Assembly: GCA_963768175.1 (NCBI GenBank)
Contig: CAVYGQ010000001.1
Coordinates: 446,305-510,304 of the forward strand
DNA length: 64,000 nucleotides
Reading direction: 5' to 3'
Source: Candidatus Doudnabacteria bacterium
GTDB taxonomy: Bacteria; Patescibacteriota; Doudnabacteria; UBA920
The first letter of the stretch is position 1. Each line of letters starts with the position of its first letter. Positions 8,200-18,131 of this stretch are shown here, piece by piece. The translations under genes were made by a program, and so were the position numbers. The notes below the pieces were generated by a model. That model searched no databases. It was not told where the DNA came from and worked only from the letters and a program-made list of their open reading frames with translations.

Positions 8200-11100
8200 T
8201 TAAATTGGCATCATATGGTCAATAAACAATTTTTCAGCTGCTGCTCTTTGTACCGGGGTCAAAGTTGATAATTTATTACCAGTTGGCAGGCGACCTGCCA
8301 CCGCTGCTATCTTACCAGTTACCTGGGCGGCAAAATCTGCCCTAGTCACTGCACGGCCTGCGATTGTAGCCGCATCAAAGGCGTTGCCTGCCAACGGTTG
8401 TAATTCTTTTCTTAATTCGGATATTTCTACAGGCGTTAACTTATAATCTTCATCTAGTCTACTAATTACGGTCATGGGGTTATATTTTTCCGAGTATTCG
8501 TCCCTAACTTTTTTGTATATTTCGTCCTTGATTGCGGTAACGTGTGTTACTGGCGCACGGGCAGTTGTAAAAGCAGAACGTATGTTTGCTTCTATTGTTG
8601 CCGGAGAACTTGCCCCTCTATAAACAGCATCAATCGCATTATCTATAACCTTACCTCCTCTTAAAGCGTCAGTTTCTTCCTTCTTTAATCCCAAAGTTTT
8701 GCTATCAATCACTTCAGTTGATACGGTCTTAATGACCGGGGTTACTGTTACTGTAGAGTCACCCAAATGAGCAACGGGGGTTGTTTTGCCGGCGGCATCC
8801 AGCTTTACCACCCTAATTCCTTTCACCTCAATAGGTTGCATATTGGTTAACTGCGCATACATGCTACGTACCAAATCCGGATTTTCTTCATACAAACTCT
8901 GGATACGCTTAACGTCAAGATCGTCTTTGACAATAACCGCTCCAGTGTTTTTATCTATATCATCACTTAAAATCCACTCCTTAGTTCTTCCTTGTGAGAA
9001 ACTCGCCTGCTGCAAAGTAGCGCCGTCAAACATAGACAAAACACCCCGTTGATATTCATCAAGCTCCCCACTGGTTCTTCCATACATTTGATCCTTAATT
9101 TCATTTACAGCGTCAATATTTCCACCTGCGTCCAGTTTCGCGCGGAGAGTCACCATATTATGTGGGGCAATTTGCGAGCGGGCACGCCCGCTGACTTTTT
9201 TCAGCTCGCCCACCGCATAATTAGTTTGCCAAGTATTTTTTAGCTTACCTCCCTTAATAGTTCTGCCTCCTACTCCTTTGGCATCGCCAACCAACTCCAT
9301 CCCCCGCTTAAACCTTTTTGAATCATTGTCATAATACGCATGCCCCAGATACTCATAGTGCCCTGTGGACTTGCCAAGTTCTTCAAGATCTTCAGCCATC
9401 AAGCGCTGGGCTTGTTCATCGTCGCCCAAATAACCGTACAAAAACCGGTTTAAAACTTCTGCGCTATAAAAAGTGCCATCGTCATCAGCATACTGGTCTG
9501 CAAAATGCTTTTTCCTAAGTAGGTCGTCCATATATCCTTGTTTGGCAGCTGCCAAGACAATAGCGCGGCGCCTTCTCTTGCCTTCTTCTCCGCCTAACTT
9601 TTCGGCATCTGCGGCCGCATCCATTAAACTTTCTTTACGCATGGTAGAATAGTCCTGAACCAAAGCATTTTCGTCTTTTCTTTCCGCAAATTGCCTATAA
9701 GGAATTTTTAACTTGCCCCTGGTTAAAAACCGTTCTGACATTTCACGCCCGCCTGCCGTAGCCGTGCCTTCTGCTTGATGCTTTAATTCCTCTGCGCGCT
9801 GTTGCCAGCCCTTAAAAAAAGCATCTGGGTTAGAAAGCAAAAATCCGGTTTTTTTCAAAAAGCCCGGTTTATGCTCGCCTTCCTGCTCTAAAAGCGAAGA
9901 ACCAATTTCCTGTCTCTTTCTGTTTACCCAGCCAACTCCTCTTCCAGCCAAAAACGCTGCACCCTGAAACGGAGCAAAGATTCCCTTTCTGGCTATGTCG
10001 GTTATCCCTTGGGCACCGTAGACGCCGGCCAAGGTGGCTACTTTTAAGGAGGCGATTAAAAAAACCAACAATAAAATATTACTTCCCAAGGTCACAATCA
10101 GGCTGGACAAACCGTTTTGTCCATTAAAAATGCTGGCGTTATTGGCCGCAATCTGCAATTGAGAATTGACAGTTGCATTGGTTGCCATTAAAGCTGCCAT
10201 GTTCAGGAAAAAGGCCATTATTGGTGTAAAAAAGGCGTATTTTAAAAACTCCTTCCACCATTTCTCCCTATACTGGGCCGTACTGGGCAAAACCCCAACG
10301 GCATAAGCCACGGGAGAAATCATTAGCAAAAGCCATAACATTACAATCCGGATTACCAAAAACGCCGCAATAGCGCCAAACACGGCAAGCGAGCCCAAGC
10401 TCATAGCCACCCAAAATACAGACGCAACTAATCCTCCAATACTACTATTTACCGCCGATGCGTTAGCGTTCTGCTGCCCTTGGAGGTAGTTCATTAATGT
10501 ACTATTATTTGTAGTCATTAATTTATAAGCCAACCCGTTTACTGACGCAGCGTCGGCAGGCAAAAACTGCGCCTGCACGGTGTCCGCCACGGCTAAAATA
10601 GACTGGCCAATGACCAAACTAAAGTTAATCAGCAAAGCCGCGATAATTAGTTGCACCAATAAATGCCGCGCTTTATAACTTTCCACGCGGAACAACGTGG
10701 CCATGGCAATAATAATCAATGCCACTATAAAAAATATATCGCACAGATTCCGAATGGTTTCCCAACCCGAATAAATAACCGCGACAAAAGTATCCTGATA
10801 AGCGTGAATACCAAGCACAGCAACAATCACTGGTGAAACAAGCAGGAAAAAAATTCCGTAAATAAGCTGCTGAATTGAAGCTAAGACAAAAGCGACTATC
10901 TCGTTTAATAATTGCATCAGCTTGTCGGTTACCCCCGGACCTGCATTGAGATTGTTTCCGGAACCTACGGCGCTGCCATATCCGGGAACGCATCCAGAAG
11001 GTATATTGGCTCCGGTGGTCGGATCGGTACCGGTGCAAGCAAGAGGCGGGCCTGTAACTTTATTGGCGTTTGCCTGGGTGTCATAAAGCTGGACATAAAA

Positions 11101-11850
11101 ACTATTACCACCTTTGAAATAAGTATTATAGGCGTGCGCGCCGGTAAGGGAATTGAAGTCTGTTGATAAATTTTGAAAATCAATTTCGGGGTAAGCATAA
11201 GCCTGGTTCGTTCCGCTATTTGGATCGGTCCCGTTATTAAGTTGGGTTATGCCTAAATCGGTAAAATTGGTCTTATCAATAGTAAATGTGTAATCAAAAA
11301 CAGGCTGCCCGGCTTGAAAGGTTGGGCCGCTAATTTTATTATTACTCTGAGTCGCATCAAAGTAGTTGTTTGGGTTACTGCACACATTGGAAATTAAACC
11401 AGTGCCTATGGGCCCCAATGACTGATTTCCACAAATTTGGGAAGTATTACTAGGCGTTAACACTGCTCCAAAACCTAACAGCTTTCCTGTATCCGGTGTT
11501 CCGCCTGGAGGTGTTGTGGTGCCGATATTAGTACTGTTAAAAGTCAGTGTCGGGGGACTTACAAGGGTAACTATAACCTCTATCGTAGAACTTCCATCCT
11601 GTTGGCCAAGACGAACGAAATTTGTAGTCTGGCCATTAATCTTTATGTCTGTTTTTAAAACTATGTCATTAAAATTACAAGTTTGTGCATTACCTTGGCT
11701 GGTGCCGCAGGTGCTATCAGCGGAAACGGTTATGGGAGTAAGTATCAACAAAACAAAAACCGCTAAAATAAAAGAAAACCACGGCCAGAGGCATTTGGCG
11801 GCAGTTTTGGTTGGGTTGGATTTATTTAAAACTTTTGGTTTCAAATGCAA
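8200..11850 (-). CDS. Large polytopic membrane protein, VirB6/TrbL-like
   Basis: Secreted N-terminal domain, GWETIRNLCDIFF and LLINFSL motifs, several TM helices, WWKEFLKYAFFTP; 1216 aa. Confidence 0.75.
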   Translation of the reverse strand: MHLKPKVLNKSNPTKTAAKCLWPWFSFILAVFVLLILTPITVSADSTCGTSQGNAQTCNFNDIVLKTDIKINGQTTNFVRLGQQDGSSTIEVIVTLVSPPTLTFNSTNIGTTTPPGGTPDTGKLLGFGAVLTPSNTSQICGNQSLGPIGTGLISNVCSNPNNYFDATQSNNKISGPTFQAGQPVFDYTFTIDKTNFTDLGITQLNNGTDPNSGTNQAYAYPEIDFQNLSTDFNSLTGAHAYNTYFKGGNSFYVQLYDTQANANKVTGPPLACTGTDPTTGANIPSGCVPGYGSAVGSGNNLNAGPGVTDKLMQLLNEIVAFVLASIQQLIYGIFFLLVSPVIVAVLGIHAYQDTFVAVIYSGWETIRNLCDIFFIVALIIIAMATLFRVESYKARHLLVQLIIAALLINFSLVIGQSILAVADTVQAQFLPADAASVNGLAYKLMTTNNSTLMNYLQGQQNANASAVNSSIGGLVASVFWVAMSLGSLAVFGAIAAFLVIRIVMLWLLLMISPVAYAVGVLPSTAQYREKWWKEFLKYAFFTPIMAFFLNMAALMATNATVNSQLQIAANNASIFNGQNGLSSLIVTLGSNILLLVFLIASLKVATLAGVYGAQGITDIARKGIFAPFQGAAFLAGRGVGWVNRKRQEIGSSLLEQEGEHKPGFLKKTGFLLSNPDAFFKGWQQRAEELKHQAEGTATAGGREMSERFLTRGKLKIPYRQFAERKDENALVQDYSTMRKESLMDAAADAEKLGGEEGKRRRRAIVLAAAKQGYMDDLLRKKHFADQYADDDGTFYSAEVLNRFLYGYLGDDEQAQRLMAEDLEELGKSTGHYEYLGHAYYDNDSKRFKRGMELVGDAKGVGGRTIKGGKLKNTWQTNYAVGELKKVSGRARSQIAPHNMVTLRAKLDAGGNIDAVNEIKDQMYGRTSGELDEYQRGVLSMFDGATLQQASFSQGRTKEWILSDDIDKNTGAVIVKDDLDVKRIQSLYEENPDLVRSMYAQLTNMQPIEVKGIRVVKLDAAGKTTPVAHLGDSTVTVTPVIKTVSTEVIDSKTLGLKKEETDALRGGKVIDNAIDAVYRGASSPATIEANIRSAFTTARAPVTHVTAIKDEIYKKVRDEYSEKYNPMTVISRLDEDYKLTPVEISELRKELQPLAGNAFDAATIAGRAVTRADFAAQVTGKIAAVAGRLPTGNKLSTLTPVQRAAAEKLFIDHMMPI

Positions 11851-12179
11851 GGGTTTAAAAGTTTACCCCGTTGCATTTTCCTTTCATCAAAATGTCCCTA
11901 ATTTAACAATAACTGGATATATTAAAGGAAAATCTTGATTATTATTGAGACTAAATGCTACCGGGGCTTAATAAACTGGGCTTTTATATTGCGTATTTTC
12001 ACTAAAATTATACCACAAACCCCTAAAACCGCAAAATTTTTGGCTTTGTGGATATTTCCCGGATTTCCGGCTGATTTGATTGCAAAATTCTGTCCGCTTT
12101 CGCCGGAACACCAATTTGGTTCTGCCGGAACAATCAATCTAAAACCCGTCAATCAAATTATGCTGACATAAAAACCCCA

Positions 12180-12814
12180 TGTTAGCATAAAATGCGGCCG
12201 CATTTTTTACTAACAAATTATCAACTAAGACAACCCAAATTTCTTTTTTAAGTCCTTGTCGTTATCCATCTCTTCTACTTTTATTATCCTTATATAGCCG
12301 TCCAGTCCCGTTTCCAATAAATATTTTAAGGCTTCCCGATTTAAAGGATAAGGGTTAATATACACGCTGGCCTGTAATTTGCGGAAGTTGTTCCTTTTAA
12401 GCAAATCTCTTAGCTGATTTCTTTGCTGCTTGGCAGATTCCGGAATGTCAAATACCACCATTCTCCATTTACCGTCCCATTTACCGGCAACGGGCATTTT
12501 GGCTTTCGCCAATAAAATTTCCAGCTCTCCTTTTTTTGTGAGTTGTAAAAATCTCTTGCCATTCTTGCTTACAAATTTTATGGAACCGCGCTTTTTTAAG
12601 TTATAAGCAGCGCTCCTGTAAGAGTTATAACTTCTCCCGAATAAAAATTTACTTCTCAGAGCGTAAGGCGAGAACGCCATCATGGTTCCAACCGTAGCGT
12701 CAAGGGCGAACAAAATAGCATTGATGATTGTCGATTCCTTTTTTGGCATTTTTATTTCTTACTTGTTAATTGATCTAATGTTAGTATAAACTGCGGCCGC
12801 ATTTTATGTCAACA
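12180..12814. mobile_element. PaaX/Cas2-like gene bracketed by two 36-bp palindromes
   Basis: TGTTAGCATAAAATGCGGCCGCATTTTTTACTAACA (12180-12215) and TGTTAGTATAAACTGCGGCCGCATTTTATGTCAACA (12779-12814). Confidence 0.65.
12225..12749 (-). CDS. PaaX-like protein with wHTH region and Cas2-like ferredoxin-fold domain
   Basis: WDGKWRMVVFDIPE and FRKLQASVY motifs; LTKKG wing motif; 174 aa. Confidence 0.85.
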   Translation of the reverse strand: MPKKESTIINAILFALDATVGTMMAFSPYALRSKFLFGRSYNSYRSAAYNLKKRGSIKFVSKNGKRFLQLTKKGELEILLAKAKMPVAGKWDGKWRMVVFDIPESAKQQRNQLRDLLKRNNFRKLQASVYINPYPLNREALKYLLETGLDGYIRIIKVEEMDNDKDLKKKFGLS

Positions 12815-12903
12815 CCCACTTTTTACTTCTGTTTTGGCCCGATAACAAAACCGCCATATTTTTTAGGCGGCTTTGTTAGACTTTTATTTTAATTATTTTA
12901 TTA

Positions 12904-14850
12904 TCAGCGAAGATTAAGTTGGGTTGCGGGACCGCGGGTTTGGATAACGGGCTTAGCGGTAAACACCCCGGCCACGGCCGGAGCTACAGAAGGCGAATTA
13001 AATCCCATCGTGCCTTCAATAACGTTTACTGTTCCTAAAACAACTGTGGAAACTAGATTTTCATTAGAGTCGTATATTTGGGCAGCTAAAGTATTAGACC
13101 CGACGGTAAAATTACTATCTATGGTGATAGTGTAGCCGCTCATCTGGTCGGCGGCTACGTCCTGGTAATTTTGCCCATTAACGACAAACGTTACGGTTCC
13201 GTCCGTAGGAAGGTTGGATGACGAAATGGGAATCTGGTCTCCCATACTATACTGGCTCTTTAGGCCTCCACTAACTGATATTTGGGGCGTAAGGGTGCTT
13301 GTGGCAATGTTATTACCGGAACCCTGCGCGATAAAACCAACCGTGGCATTAACGGCTTTATTTTCATTAATCAATGCGGTTTTGGCTCCGGCGCTGGCGC
13401 CGCCCAAAACCATACTCGTGCCGATTTGGGAAACTATGCCGGAAATGATATTCACAAAAGCCGGCAGGTTGCTACTATTGTATTGGGTTAAATCGCCCCC
13501 AACGGCTTTAAACATTGCGTCAATGCCCTGATTAACCAAAACCGCAGGTGAAGATATTGCTTCACACAAAACTATTGCCGGGTTGGTGTCTGTGCTGCCG
13601 GAGCTAGAGGTTAAAGCTTGCGGGGCATTGGTCCACGCCAGTGTAGCCGCATCTACGTCAGCTTGGGCCTTAGCGAGATCGGCAGCCGGGACATTCTTCC
13701 CTGCTTGCACGGCAGCCGTAAGGTTGTCCAGTACATTTTGGCGGTCCAGCATTTTGGCTTCCAAAGCTTGCGCTTGGGCGTCAATTTGTTTTTGCTGGGT
13801 CAAGGCCCCGGCGCAATTTACCGGCGCCTTATAACCGCTGCCCTGGCTAATCTGCTGTTGGGTAGTGGCCAAAGAAGCGGCGCGCGACTGGTTCACGCCG
13901 CCAACATAAGCTGTTTGCAAATAATACGGGTTGGCGCTGGGACTACCCATGGCCGCCATCTGTCCGTAAAAATTCGGGCTGGCCGGATTAATGGCCGACG
14001 GGTTAAAGCCCAAAGCCGCATTGGCGGCCACAAATATTCCGGGCTGGATTTGCGTGCGGAATAAAGGATTGCTTAAAATCGCGCGCGCCATTAGCTGGTC
14101 CTGCGCGTTAGGAAAATTCTCGCGGATAAACTGGTTATCATACATCAAGGTGGCCGCGGAATCTATATACTGCTTTAAGTTGGTAATTTTATAGTTTTGG
14201 ACCAAATGAGTAACCAAAGCATCGGCAATGGCTTTACTGGTTTGCAGCAAAATGCTAATCAGTAAAGTTTTCCAAAATCCTTGGTTGGCGTTATCTATCT
14301 GGGCCACCAAGTCGCCCTGCTTTTTTGTGTAAGTCGCGATGCTAGATTTAATCTGGGCTTCGTCTTGCTCCTTCATATTGCTGACATAAAGGCTGGTTGC
14401 CGCGAGTTTGGCAGCGGCAAGAGTTGTTAATTGCAAGTTGGCACAAATCAAAAAAATGCTATAAGCATCATTCAAAACTTCCATAGCTGCCAACCCCGTA
14501 CTATTCCCCGTTGGGCTTAAGACAGCTAAAGTAGAGTTTGCAACATTAGTTTGTACAAAAATCTGCTCTGCCACTTGCACTTTTGTGAGGCAAGCTTTAT
14601 AAGCTATAAATGGCGCGGACAATCCCGCTATTTCCGAGATATTTAGCGCCATACCAGCCAATCCTCCGGGATTATTACCGGCATTGGCATCGGCACTCGG
14701 TACTGCTTGCGCTAAAACAATCCCCGGCCAAAAGGCAAGCTGGCTGAAAATTAAAAAACCGGCAATGATTTTTTTTATTTTACCCCGCACCACTTTTTGA
14801 TGGTTATTAGGATTACTCAATTTTAAAATTTGTTCAGAATATTTTGCCAT
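12904..14850 (-). CDS. Secreted or membrane hypothetical protein, coiled-coil plus Ig-like C-terminus
   Basis: 648 aa; signal-like segment ending VLAQA. Confidence 0.75.
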   Translation of the reverse strand: MAKYSEQILKLSNPNNHQKVVRGKIKKIIAGFLIFSQLAFWPGIVLAQAVPSADANAGNNPGGLAGMALNISEIAGLSAPFIAYKACLTKVQVAEQIFVQTNVANSTLAVLSPTGNSTGLAAMEVLNDAYSIFLICANLQLTTLAAAKLAATSLYVSNMKEQDEAQIKSSIATYTKKQGDLVAQIDNANQGFWKTLLISILLQTSKAIADALVTHLVQNYKITNLKQYIDSAATLMYDNQFIRENFPNAQDQLMARAILSNPLFRTQIQPGIFVAANAALGFNPSAINPASPNFYGQMAAMGSPSANPYYLQTAYVGGVNQSRAASLATTQQQISQGSGYKAPVNCAGALTQQKQIDAQAQALEAKMLDRQNVLDNLTAAVQAGKNVPAADLAKAQADVDAATLAWTNAPQALTSSSGSTDTNPAIVLCEAISSPAVLVNQGIDAMFKAVGGDLTQYNSSNLPAFVNIISGIVSQIGTSMVLGGASAGAKTALINENKAVNATVGFIAQGSGNNIATSTLTPQISVSGGLKSQYSMGDQIPISSSNLPTDGTVTFVVNGQNYQDVAADQMSGYTITIDSNFTVGSNTLAAQIYDSNENLVSTVVLGTVNVIEGTMGFNSPSVAPAVAGVFTAKPVIQTRGPATQLNLR

Positions 14851-14881
14851 ATAGGATAAAAACTAAAAAGTGGTGTGGGGT

Positions 14882-15739
14882 TTATTGGGAAACATCGCCA
14901 TTGTTAAAAGTATTTAAAAGATTTTGAGAATTGTCGGCGCTTGCGGAATTGCCCGAAGCAGCCGACTGCTGGATAGGCTGGCCGTTTGAGTCAACATACA
15001 AAGAAGAGCTCGGGTCCAAAGATCCAAACTTTTGCGCAATGGAAACATTCTCGGTATTTAAGTCCTGCTGGCTTTTTATAAACTGCATCAAATTTTGGCT
15101 AACCAAAGTCGGGTTGCTGTCGGCCTGCGAAAAATTTTGCAACAGGTTAATTGCGGAAGTGTACTGGATGATTTTTAACTTTTGCAGTTTAACCAAACTC
15201 TGCGGCACGCTAAGCTTTTGCAACGCGTCGCGGACGCCAATTAATTTTTGTGCCTGCTGGTCAATTTGGCTTTGGTCGTCGGAAGTCAAAGCTGTTTGAA
15301 AGGCGGCGTTATCTACGGGATTGAGTTCTATTTTCTGCGCCTGAGAAAAATATTTTGTAATCGCGTCGCCCGAGTCTGGCACCTGGCTGACCTGGACGCT
15401 GTCTAAAGACAGCTGCACGTCTTGCGTGCTTGCCGCCAAAACCGATCCGGCGTCCACCGGAGAAACCGTGCCGTCGTCGTTAATGATGCTCGGACCTTGG
15501 TCGGTGCTGGCGCCTAAAACTTGTGGCTGTTGGTCGCTAATCGGAGGAACGTATGCATAATAGTGCGGCACATTCTGGTCGCCTTGTGCCGCATTCTTTT
15601 TAAAACTAAAAAGATCCGGCTTTTCCATCCACGACATTCCCAAGACCAAAACCATGGTCATCATTACGGCGCCAAAATGCCCCCAATGAATTGGCGACTC
15701 AATTTGAGGTGGTTGGGTTTCGAAATTTAAATCACTCAT
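14882..15739 (-). CDS. Membrane-anchored hypothetical protein
   Basis: 285 aa; N-terminal TM helix; VLGAST motifs. Confidence 0.75.
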   Translation of the reverse strand: MSDLNFETQPPQIESPIHWGHFGAVMMTMVLVLGMSWMEKPDLFSFKKNAAQGDQNVPHYYAYVPPISDQQPQVLGASTDQGPSIINDDGTVSPVDAGSVLAASTQDVQLSLDSVQVSQVPDSGDAITKYFSQAQKIELNPVDNAAFQTALTSDDQSQIDQQAQKLIGVRDALQKLSVPQSLVKLQKLKIIQYTSAINLLQNFSQADSNPTLVSQNLMQFIKSQQDLNTENVSIAQKFGSLDPSSSLYVDSNGQPIQQSAASGNSASADNSQNLLNTFNNGDVSQ

Positions 15740-15767
15740 ATTTTTACAAAAATAATGTTAAATAATT

Positions 15768-16229
15768 TTAAAAAACACAAGGAAGGGCGCTGGTGCCGAT
15801 TCCATACAGACCATATGGCGCATAAAAAAATCCAGGGAAAACCGGGTATGGCAAATTACAACTGGCAAAAGGCACCGGCAAATATTCTCCCATAACGCAA
15901 ACCCCCGGCGTAACTAAATTTTCATAAAGAAAAATAAGCGAATAAGGAGGCATGGTGTAAATACCAATAAGAGGAGGGAGTAAGATTCCTTGGGCTGCAT
16001 TATAAATACTGGTAACGCTATTATCAATAATCGTATGCGCGGGACACACAGCCGGAGCGGGAGGAACAATAGGCGGCACGACTGAAATAATTCTTCCCCC
16101 AAACGGTATGGCGCCGGGCGTGGCAAAAGCTTGCGGAGCGCTCATGAAAATGCTAAAAAGCAAACCGCCGGTTATTAAAAACCCAACCATCATCACCAAC
16201 AAAATTCTGCTAGTTTGATTTTGCCTCAT
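15768..16229 (-). CDS. Secreted Pro/Cys-rich hypothetical protein
   Basis: Start re-placed at MRQNQ; signal peptide followed by PFGGRI. Confidence 0.65.
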   Translation of the reverse strand: MRQNQTSRILLVMMVGFLITGGLLFSIFMSAPQAFATPGAIPFGGRIISVVPPIVPPAPAVCPAHTIIDNSVTSIYNAAQGILLPPLIGIYTMPPYSLIFLYENLVTPGVCVMGEYLPVPFASCNLPYPVFPGFFYAPYGLYGIGTSALPCVF

Positions 16230-16329
16230 AAATTTTATTTTTTGTTTGGGTATTTTTTGTTTGGGTAAACAAAGACGGCTTAACAAAATAAGCCAAAATA
16301 AAAGAGAATTTGCCTGTAATTATTTTTTT

Positions 16330-16379
16330 CCCTGTTAAATGCGGCTTTTTGCTGCCCCGCTTCGCGGGATTTAACAGGG
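16330..16379. mobile_element. Gene-less CCCTGTTAAAT...ATTTAACAGGG miniature element
   Basis: 11-bp TIR matching the TIR around the GIY-YIG gene at 29011-29340. Confidence 0.75.
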
Positions 16380-16531
16380 TGAATTTTTGTTTCGAAGATC
16401 TTTTCTTAACTTTCTATATATATTATAGCACATCTGGAAAAATTTTGCAAGAGATGGTACAATTTTGAAGTAAACGGGTTTGAGGACAGTCCTCTAACTC
16501 GCGAAAGATGACTGTCCTCAAGGAACGACTT

Positions 16532-17014
16532 ATGAAAAATATTTTAATAGCGATTGCTGTACTAACAATAATTTCCGCAGGCTGCTCAAAACAAAATATA
16601 CCTACTGGAAACACTCTTCCCTCCTCCGCGCCGCAATATAATTATACCCACCAATTAAAAATCGACGGGCAAACTTTGATGGTGGAAGTTGCGACAACTC
16701 CCGCACAAAGGCAACAAGGACTTTCGGACAGAAGCGAAATGGCGGACAACCAAGGAATGCTTTTTGATTTTGGATCCAATCCCAGTTCAACCCCCTTTTG
16801 GATGAAAGATATGAAATTTGATCTGGATTTTATTTGGATTACTGACGGAAAAGTTGTTGGCATCACCGCCAACGCTTTCGCGTCTCAATTACCTGATAAT
16901 AATCTTCCGTTATATTATCCGCCCGAACCGATAAACCAAATTTTAGAAGTCAACGCCGGCTGGGCGAAAAAAAATAACATCGCGGTGGGAGACGATGCTC
17001 AATTAATAAAATAA
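16532..17014 (+). CDS. DUF192 family lipoprotein
   Basis: Lipobox SAGC; GLSDR, GMLF, FWMKDMKFDLD, LEVNAG motifs. Confidence 0.88.
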   Translation: MKNILIAIAVLTIISAGCSKQNIPTGNTLPSSAPQYNYTHQLKIDGQTLMVEVATTPAQRQQGLSDRSEMADNQGMLFDFGSNPSSTPFWMKDMKFDLDFIWITDGKVVGITANAFASQLPDNNLPLYYPPEPINQILEVNAGWAKKNNIAVGDDAQLIK

Positions 17015-17025
17015 TATATCGTAAC

Positions 17026-17099
17026 GGCGTCATTCTTAGGGAGTGCGGCCGACCGAAGAATCTAATGATGAGATTCTTCACTGCGTTCAGGATGACGCC
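17026..17099. mobile_element. CGTC-type gene-less element overlapping the rsmA 3' end
   Basis: GGCGTCATTCTTAG...TCAGGATGACGCC. Confidence 0.85.
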
Positions 17100-18013
17100 A
17101 TAATGGTATCGACTAACTCAATCCATTCTTCAATTGAAAGTTCCTGCGGTCTAGCCGCGGGATTTATTTTAAGCTGCGATAAAATTCCAGCGACCGAATT
17201 TTTATCCAGGGCCAAATTATTTACCAGCGTATTGTGGATTTGTTTGCGCTTGCCGGCAAAACAGGCTTTGACAATTTTAAAAAATCTTTTTTCATCCGAC
17301 AAAATGTATTTGGGTTCTTTGAATAAATCTATTTTTACAATCGCGCTGTCCACTTTTGGCGCGGGATAAAAACTTTTAGCTAGAACAGTTTGGACAATTT
17401 CAGGCTGGCCAAACAGCTGTATCGAAATTGCCAAAATGGACAAGTCCCCCGCTTTGGCGCAAATGTTCCTGGCAACTTCTTTTTGGGTAAGTATGGTTAT
17501 ACCGGAAGGTTTTGCTTTTGTGGCCATTAACATTTGCAGAATTTTCCCGGTAATGTAATACGGGATGTTGGCAACAACTTTATAATCCGATCCGGATTTA
17601 CGGATTCTATCCGGATGATCCGGGTAACTACGGATGGCGCGATCTGTAGATATCCGCAGATCCGGATTCTCATCCGCAGATCGGGATCGGAATGCCGCCT
17701 GAAAATCAAACTCCAAAGCATCGGCGATTTCAAAACGGAAATTTTCAGGATAATCTTTTTTTATTGATTTGAGGATCGGGAAAAACTTCGGGTCTTTTTC
17801 CACGCTCAACACAAAGCCGGCTCTCTGGCAGAGCAAACGGGTTAGGTTGCCGATGCCCGGACCAATTTCCAAAACCGCATCATTAGGCGAAACCTCCGCG
17901 GCATCCACAATGTCCTGTAAAACCAAATCGTCAATTAAAAAATTCTGCCCGTAGGTGAAGTTGGATTTGAGGTTATAAGAGCGCAAAAATTTTTTTAATT
18001 GATCGGTATCCAT
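17087..18013 (-). CDS. rsmA: 16S rRNA A1518/A1519 dimethyltransferase
   Basis: GQNFL, LEIGPGIG, VANIPYYIT, QKEVA, PAPKVDSA motifs; carries an in-frame insertion of about 35 aa. Confidence 0.95.
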   Translation of the reverse strand: MDTDQLKKFLRSYNLKSNFTYGQNFLIDDLVLQDIVDAAEVSPNDAVLEIGPGIGNLTRLLCQRAGFVLSVEKDPKFFPILKSIKKDYPENFRFEIADALEFDFQAAFRSRSADENPDLRISTDRAIRSYPDHPDRIRKSGSDYKVVANIPYYITGKILQMLMATKAKPSGITILTQKEVARNICAKAGDLSILAISIQLFGQPEIVQTVLAKSFYPAPKVDSAIVKIDLFKEPKYILSDEKRFFKIVKACFAGKRKQIHNTLVNNLALDKNSVAGILSQLKINPAARPQELSIEEWIELVDTIMASS

Positions 18014-18031
18014 AGAAGTTTCTGTTTTTCC

Positions 18032-18124
18032 GGCGTCATCCTGAGTCCGAATGCATCTGAGGACGAAGGATCTCTATCCAAGAATGAGATCCTTCGGTCG
18101 GATGCACTCCCTCAGGATGACGCC
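18032..18124. mobile_element. CGTC-type gene-less element between uvrD and rsmA
   Basis: GGCGTCATCCTGAG..GAAGGATCTC / GAGATCCTTC..CTCAGGATGACGCC. Confidence 0.88.
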
Positions 18125-18131
18125 GGCTCAC

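Noticed and set aside
12180-12814. CRISPR locus (Cas2-like gene with 36-bp repeats)
   Set aside because: The repeats are isolated full palindromes on either side of a gene; there is no repeat-spacer array and no cas1 or effector in the window
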